Shown: positions 58,351 through 64,000 of the stretch, piece by piece
How the letters are laid out: every line of letters starts with the position of its first letter
How positions within the stretch are numbered: position 1 is the stretch's first letter
Program-made: the position numbers and the translations under genes
Source of the DNA: Spirochaetota bacterium
GTDB taxonomy: Bacteria > Spirochaetota > UBA4802 > UBA5550
Assembly: GCA_963663865.1 (NCBI GenBank)
Contig: OY760686.1
Coordinates: 1,920,001 to 1,984,000 of the forward strand
Length of the DNA stretch: 64,000 bases
Direction: 5' to 3'
Notes under the pieces: model-generated
The model's database searches: none
What the model was told of the DNA's origin: nothing
Seen by the model: the letters and a program-made list of their open reading frames with translations, nothing else

Positions 58351-60597
58351 ATGCGGAATAATGAGATTAAAGAATTGAGCATTATTCGTTCACTTATGAT
58401 ACTCTGTATTTTCATAACCCATTACTACGAGTTCTTCAATCCAGGAGATTCTGCAGCATTTGGAAATCCATCTGCGGGTTGGCCTTCATTAGGTGAAAGG
58501 TTCGCACAACTAAGACCTTTAGAATATGTAGATTGGACTTCCATAGTTGAGAATATTTATAGATATCTCGCCTTGTTTGGCGATCAAGGAGTTCAAATCT
58601 TTTTTTTGATAAGCGCTTTTGTTCTTACTCTGGGTTTTGAAAGAAAAAAGAATGGGCTTTTAACCTATAAAGAATTTCTATCTAAACGATTTTTCCGTAT
58701 TTATCCAGCCTGGATATTGGCTCATTCAGGTTTAGTCCTAACATGGATAATCTTTGGTGCGGGCATTAGTCTATTTTCAATAAACACCTGGCTGAGTATG
58801 GCCGGAGTCAGGATTATACCTTCTCTCTATTATTATGGATCTCCGGCCTGGTGGTTTGTAGGCTGCCTGCTGCAATTATATCTGATTTATCCATTTGTTT
58901 ACAACTGTACGATTGGGAAGAATTTACCAGTTCGCCTCCTCTATTTAATAGTGATATCAACTATTATAAGGCTGTGTGGACTCGTTTTCCTTTCAAACTA
59001 TTTTCCGCATTATCTTGATGCATGGTCCCGTGGATTATTTTTTATTGTAAGAATGCCGGAATTCCTTATTGGAATTTATTTCGCGGATAAATACATGAAG
59101 AACAGGGAAACAACTCTGTCTTTTATTAAATCCTCTCGAGGCATCATCATAGCCCTTGGCATCTGGCTCGCAGGAAATATTCTTTCATTTACCTTAATAG
59201 GAATGTCAGTTTCATTTTTACTCACAGGAATTGGAGGATTCTGCCTTTTATGGGGATTGCTCTTAAAAATCAAGACAACTCAAAACAACCTGTTATTACG
59301 ACTAAACAACATCTCCTATGAATTCTATTTAGTCCATCATGTTATTATATTGTATATAGCTTATAAGCTCCAAAACATAGTGTCTTTTCACGCGATTACT
59401 ATTATCCTTATTTTTACAATAACCCTTATATTCTCAATTATCCTTAGAAGGGTTTCTCGGAATCGGTATATTATTACCTTTCTAAAAAAATCATTGTCTT
59501 TCCTGTGGAACAGGAAAAGGCATATTTGCATTTCACTTTTAATCCTTTATTTATTATTAATTGGCTTTGAATTGATAATTCAAAGAACTAATCCACAGGA
59601 AATTTATGGCTGGGGGGAAAGACCTGCACTGCAACCCGACAATAAATTCGGCTATAAACTAAAACCTTCAACCCGGACGAGATTGATGTGGCAAAGTTAC
59701 GATTATCATGTGAATTCAAACTCCTCAGGATTTCCTGGAATGGAATATTCCATGGAAAAACAATCAGGAACAAAAAGATTTATTATTACCGGAGATGCGT
59801 TTGAAAGTGCAGAAGGTGTTGATACTGAAAAAAGCTGGCCCTCATTGCTGGAAGAATATCTGAACACTGACAGTAAATCAAATTATGAAGTCATGAATTT
59901 TTCTATTACCGGATGGGGACCACAGCATTACTTTAGAGCTCTTAACGAATATGTTCCACAGTATCGTCCTGATGCAGTATTTGTCGCACTTTTCATTAAC
60001 GATTTAACTGACGTCTTCATTACGGATAAAGCATTTATGGATTCTATAGGCTTTGGCAGGCCTTCTCCCTTCGGATTTAAGTCAACAGTGAGGCTGGAAC
60101 ATACAAGAAAGCTTATCCACATCAAGAAGGGGCGGCTTTTAGCACTGATTAACAAAAACAGATATCCCTATGATTATTATTTAGGTCACCCGGACAAATT
60201 CCTTATTAAAAACTATCCAAAATTAAAGGAAGGCCAGCAGTTAGTATCCAAGTATCTGAAAAATATACTATTATTATGCGAAAAGTATGATTCGGACTTA
60301 TACATAATTCTTGTCCCATCGTCTTTACAATCCGCCGATCCAGGTGAGATTAATTACATTCCTGAAAATATCGATTTAAGAAATAACAAACTCTATGATC
60401 TAAACCAGCCCCAAAATTTATTAATAGAAATCTGCGATAATTTAAACTTAAAGTATTATGATTTAAGAGAATTGTTTCAAATAAATAAAGGGAGAAATAT
60501 TTTCCAACCTGATAATATGCATTTTACAAAAAATGGACATAAGATTACGGCAGAATGGATGAAGGAAAATATTCTGAAGCTTAATTATAACAGGTAG
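58351..60597 (+). CDS. Acyltransferase-3 fused to an SGNH-like domain (polysaccharide O-acylation)
   Basis: IRSL...H, GVQIFFLISAF, KRFFRIYP, WFV...QLYLIYP, SYEFYLVH; C-terminal GDAF, NFSITG, ND, DNMH. Confidence 0.88.
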   Translation: MRNNEIKELSIIRSLMILCIFITHYYEFFNPGDSAAFGNPSAGWPSLGERFAQLRPLEYVDWTSIVENIYRYLALFGDQGVQIFFLISAFVLTLGFERKKNGLLTYKEFLSKRFFRIYPAWILAHSGLVLTWIIFGAGISLFSINTWLSMAGVRIIPSLYYYGSPAWWFVGCLLQLYLIYPFVYNCTIGKNLPVRLLYLIVISTIIRLCGLVFLSNYFPHYLDAWSRGLFFIVRMPEFLIGIYFADKYMKNRETTLSFIKSSRGIIIALGIWLAGNILSFTLIGMSVSFLLTGIGGFCLLWGLLLKIKTTQNNLLLRLNNISYEFYLVHHVIILYIAYKLQNIVSFHAITIILIFTITLIFSIILRRVSRNRYIITFLKKSLSFLWNRKRHICISLLILYLLLIGFELIIQRTNPQEIYGWGERPALQPDNKFGYKLKPSTRTRLMWQSYDYHVNSNSSGFPGMEYSMEKQSGTKRFIITGDAFESAEGVDTEKSWPSLLEEYLNTDSKSNYEVMNFSITGWGPQHYFRALNEYVPQYRPDAVFVALFINDLTDVFITDKAFMDSIGFGRPSPFGFKSTVRLEHTRKLIHIKKGRLLALINKNRYPYDYYLGHPDKFLIKNYPKLKEGQQLVSKYLKNILLLCEKYDSDLYIILVPSSLQSADPGEINYIPENIDLRNNKLYDLNQPQNLLIEICDNLNLKYYDLRELFQINKGRNIFQPDNMHFTKNGHKITAEWMKENILKLNYNR

Positions 60598-60725
60598 GTT
60601 AGATGATTATAGGGCATCATAAGCTGTCTTCATGAATTTTGTTTGATTACAAACTTCTTAAATTATAGGACTTATGATGTCTTTTTATCCCTGTTACACT
60701 TCCCTATTGAATTATGGAATCTTCA

Positions 60726-61724
60726 TTACTCGCTTTCAAATAGAACTGCACCTTGTTTCTCACTTTCCTTGTCGATAAATTCAAATTTGACAGTTCGTTC
60801 AATCCCCTCTAAAAGTGTTACTGGAGGCACAAAGCCTGTCTTTTCAATATTAATTGATGAGAACTGAGTGTCTTTACAGAATTTTTTTACCCTGATTGCG
60901 CTTACAGGGAATTCCTTCCCTGTCATTTTAGAAATTATATCCAGGCCAAAGCCTCCCGCAAAACCAAGAAAATACGGAATCCTGATGTTCAATGAAGATT
61001 TCTTTTCAAGTTTTTCATTCACCGTTTTGACAAGTTTGTTCATTGTGAGATCAGGCTTATCGATATAGTTAAACAAATGCTCGCTTTTTTTATTTTCAAG
61101 TGAGAACTGCAAAAACGCGGCTACATTCTCCACATAGGCCATTGACTTGACATTATCGCCCTTTCCTACCATAATGAAACGTCCTGAGGCCATTTGCCGG
61201 AGCAGGTTGTATACATTGCCCCTGTTTCTCTCGCCGAAGATAACCGTTGGCCGTACTATAGTAAGACAGCGCGTCTTATCCCCTGCAAGCCAGTTTCTGT
61301 AAACGCCTTCGGCAAGCATCTTTGTCCGGCCGTAGTTGTTAAAGGGGTTAAAAACGCCAGATTCATCAGTGTTCTTAGGAGCGAAGCCGTAGACGGCGAC
61401 TGAACTGGTAAATATTATCTTTTTTATTCCGAGCTTTTCAGCTGCTTTACAGACATTGGCTGCGCCGTCAACATTTACTTCATCGTACAAGCTTACAGGA
61501 GTAACATTGTCTTTATGCTCTGCGGCAAGATTGTATATTACATCGCAGTCTTTAAGCGGCTTGTGAAGTGATTTGTAATCACGAACATCCGCAAACTGCC
61601 ACAGCTCTGGATAGAAGTCGCTTTTGCGTTTATCTATGATTATCACTTTATGTTGTGCTTCAAGAAGCCTTTTAGTTAAACGGGTTCCCACAAAGCCGGA
61701 ACCGCCGATGATTGCAATTTTCAT
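60726..61724 (-). CDS. NAD-dependent epimerase (Gnu-like Und-PP-GlcNAc or UDP-GlcNAc 4-epimerase)
   Basis: GGSGFVG, LAAEHKDNVTP, TSSVAVYG, YGRTK, RPTVIFGE-NRGNVYNL. Confidence 0.85.
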   Translation of the reverse strand: MKIAIIGGSGFVGTRLTKRLLEAQHKVIIIDKRKSDFYPELWQFADVRDYKSLHKPLKDCDVIYNLAAEHKDNVTPVSLYDEVNVDGAANVCKAAEKLGIKKIIFTSSVAVYGFAPKNTDESGVFNPFNNYGRTKMLAEGVYRNWLAGDKTRCLTIVRPTVIFGERNRGNVYNLLRQMASGRFIMVGKGDNVKSMAYVENVAAFLQFSLENKKSEHLFNYIDKPDLTMNKLVKTVNEKLEKKSSLNIRIPYFLGFAGGFGLDIISKMTGKEFPVSAIRVKKFCKDTQFSSINIEKTGFVPPVTLLEGIERTVKFEFIDKESEKQGAVLFESE

Positions 61725-62827
61725 TGTTTTTTCATCAAATCCTTATAAACTTTTTTTACTTTTTTTAATACTACATCATCTGAAAACAAATTATTAACTC
61801 TTTTTAAAGCGTTATTACCATATTCAATTCGTAGTTTCTTATTTGTTGACAATAAATCTATGGCCTTGGCTAACTTTTTTACATCTCCAGGAGGAACAGT
61901 TAACCCTGTCAAACCATGCTTACTAACCCATGGAACTCCAGTCGGTAAAGATGTGTTTATTATCGGTTTTGCATAAGCCATTGCTTCCAACTGCAGAATA
62001 CCAAAAGCTTCGCTAGGGTATTTTGACGGAAAGATAAACAATTCGGATTTTGATATTATATATTTTTTTTCTTCTTCAGATACATGTCTATTAATAAAAA
62101 CAATATTTAACTGTGGATTATTTTTCATAAATTGAAGCACTTTAACAGCCTCTTCGCCAGTGCCTACTATTACTAATGGAATATCGGATTTTAGCAACAA
62201 GTATGCTTGAAGAAGATCTTCTATTCCTTTATAATATGAAAGCCGACCTAAAAAAAGTATAAACCTTTTCGGTAATTTCATATCAATCTTCTTTACAATT
62301 TTATAATTATTCAGATTTATTGATAGTGGCAACACACATGCTTTGTCATTGAATTGATTTATAATCATTGAGTTAGCTTTTAATCTCGGTGATGTTGTCA
62401 AGATAACATCTGCTTTCTTACAGGCTTTTATTTGAAACCAATTTATAATCTTACCGAAAATCTTTTGACGTATAATGTCACTATGCCAGGTGATTATTAT
62501 TTTTGCTTTTGAAGGTAATAACGACAAAATAGTTCCAATAGGGAATGGCTCATGAAAATGAATAATGTCATACTTATTTTTATTAATAAAATATAATATT
62601 AATATAGAAAATGAAATAGGCATGGAGAAAAATGTGCCGATAGAAGAACATCTAATAATATTTACATTATTAATAATTTCTTTTTTTGTTTTCAGTTTAA
62701 AATGTTTCGATGCTACTAAAACATCAACCTCATCGACAGAAGAAAAATATTCAGCATATTGTTTAACAACTGATTCTATACCACCTATTTCTGGGTGGTA
62801 TATTTTATTGATGTAAAGAATTTTCAT
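61721..62827 (-). CDS. Glycosyltransferase family 4
   Basis: GGIE, HSDIIRQK, GRLSYYKG, EAFGILQLEAMA. Confidence 0.93.
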   Translation of the reverse strand: MKILYINKIYHPEIGGIESVVKQYAEYFSSVDEVDVLVASKHFKLKTKKEIINNVNIIRCSSIGTFFSMPISFSILILYFINKNKYDIIHFHEPFPIGTILSLLPSKAKIIITWHSDIIRQKIFGKIINWFQIKACKKADVILTTSPRLKANSMIINQFNDKACVLPLSINLNNYKIVKKIDMKLPKRFILFLGRLSYYKGIEDLLQAYLLLKSDIPLVIVGTGEEAVKVLQFMKNNPQLNIVFINRHVSEEEKKYIISKSELFIFPSKYPSEAFGILQLEAMAYAKPIINTSLPTGVPWVSKHGLTGLTVPPGDVKKLAKAIDLLSTNKKLRIEYGNNALKRVNNLFSDDVVLKKVKKVYKDLMKKQ

Positions 62828-63582
62828 TTTCTTACCAATCTAATAATAATTGCTATTATTAACTTTGCCCTAATTATTATTTTTTCATATAAACTATTGT
62901 TACTTTTAAAGCCAGAAGAAACATTGGAAGAATGCCTTCTATACATTATCAGTTTATCCTCAATGAAAATAGTTTCACCGAAAATTTCTGATACAAGCCC
63001 AATCCAAATATCATGTAAAGTAATATATTTTGGAAATGGTAAAGAGAGTTCTAATATATTTTTATTGAATGCCATGCAACAACCGTGATATGAACCATGT
63101 AAAATATTTGCAATAATTCCAGGTTTTGATGAATTAATCTCATAATATGATTCGTGTAGATAATTCGAATTTTCGTCAATAATTATTGCATCACTAACTA
63201 CACAATCATATTGCTTCAAATATTTAAGCATAATCGAAATTTTGTTTTCACACCAAACATCATCCTGATCGGCTAAAAAAATATAATCTCCGCTTGAATT
63301 TATTAGTGCATTTTCAAAATTATTCTTTGCTTTATTCCAAGCCAATTCTTTTTTTGTTTTATTATTTTTTATACTTTGTGGTCCAATTCTTGTTGAATTA
63401 TTTTTTACAATCTTTATACGTTCATCATTAAAATCTTTAATTATGTTTATTGTATTATCAGTTGATAAATCATCTGAAATAATTATTTCATCGTTATCAG
63501 AAATTTGTTTCAATATAGATAATAATTGATCATGGATATATCTTTCTCCATTATAAGTTGCCATACATACAGATATTTTCAT
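62824..63582 (-). CDS. Glycosyltransferase family 2 (rhamnosyltransferase-like)
   Basis: SVCMATYNG, DDLSTD, ADQDDVW, HDIW, YRRH. Confidence 0.93.
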   Translation of the reverse strand: MKISVCMATYNGERYIHDQLLSILKQISDNDEIIISDDLSTDNTINIIKDFNDERIKIVKNNSTRIGPQSIKNNKTKKELAWNKAKNNFENALINSSGDYIFLADQDDVWCENKISIMLKYLKQYDCVVSDAIIIDENSNYLHESYYEINSSKPGIIANILHGSYHGCCMAFNKNILELSLPFPKYITLHDIWIGLVSEIFGETIFIEDKLIMYRRHSSNVSSGFKSNNSLYEKIIIRAKLIIAIIIRLVRK

Positions 63583-63597
63583 ATAATTGTATGAGAA

Positions 63598-63999
63598 TCA
63601 ACTTCTCCTCTCTCTCCTCCCCATATTTTTCTTTAAACCATCATAGACACCTTGAAGCATGGTTGTGAAATTTACCAAACGAGGTTTATTTAGTAATGTA
63701 TAAGCTACAATGTACTCTATCACTTTTACAACAATACCAAACCTGCAAGCTATTGAAATATTTTTATTATTTATTGCCAAAAATATTCCATTCCTTGTCA
63801 TATAATAATATCTTTCTGAAGATCGAAGTATTCTATTATTTACCGTAATATTACCTAAAGTATGTTTTATCGTAATACCGTAATGTCCAATAATCCTAAA
63901 GCCTTTATTTTTTGCTCTCCAACACCATTCAGAATCAACCCAATCAATGAATAAATTTTCATCCATTAATCCAATTAATAGTAAAGCCTCTGTTTTAAT
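63598..63999 (-). CDS. Glycosyltransferase family 2, C-terminal part (5' end outside the window)
   Basis: Frame open to the window edge; MDENLFIDWVDSEWC, H.LG, YYMTRN. Confidence 0.85.
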   Translation of the reverse strand: MKTEALLLIGLMDENLFIDWVDSEWCWRAKNKGFRIIGHYGITIKHTLGNITVNNRILRSSERYYYMTRNGIFLAINNKNISIACRFGIVVKVIEYIVAYTLLNKPRLVNFTTMLQGVYDGLKKNMGRRERRS

Positions 64000-64000
64000 A

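Noticed and set aside
240-63088. Numerous 60-160 aa antisense or alternate-frame ORFs in the track
   Set aside because: They are shadows of well-supported genes, with no motifs of their own.

Overview
This is a bacterial chromosomal window. The gene set points, by inference, to an anaerobic or microaerophilic member of Spirochaetota: tandem-cNMP/TPR protein, TPR-OB protein next to efp, RecJ with an internal insertion, POTRA-less Omp85. Positions 1-48,000 are densely packed housekeeping genes: ackA, an oxidative-stress operon (NADH oxidoreductase, perR/fur, rubredoxin, desulfoferrodoxin, rubrerythrin), malQ, efp, purB, miaB, mutS, leuCD, mcsA-mcsB-clpC, argC, ptsI, ispF, recJ, nif3/zinc ribbon, rfbB, recO and uvrC. 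After tRNA-Pro(GGG) at 48,075 the sequence becomes accessory and partly AT-rich: an RlmJ-like gene, VapBC, a GGDEF gene, Omp85, manC, a RelE-type toxin-antitoxin (TA) pair and the end of a surface-polysaccharide cluster. The most unusual signal is non-coding. Two diverged direct repeats of about 210-265 nt are built from hairpins whose loops carry CsrA/RsmA-type (A)GGA(U) motifs, with one compensatory base-pair change between copies. They bracket the RelE TA pair, and the whole unit is flanked by a 9-bp direct repeat. Several conserved genes also look like pseudo-enzymes: McsB, an HTH-RNase H fusion and the SGNH domain of an acyltransferase. All family calls come from motif recognition by eye; no searches were run.
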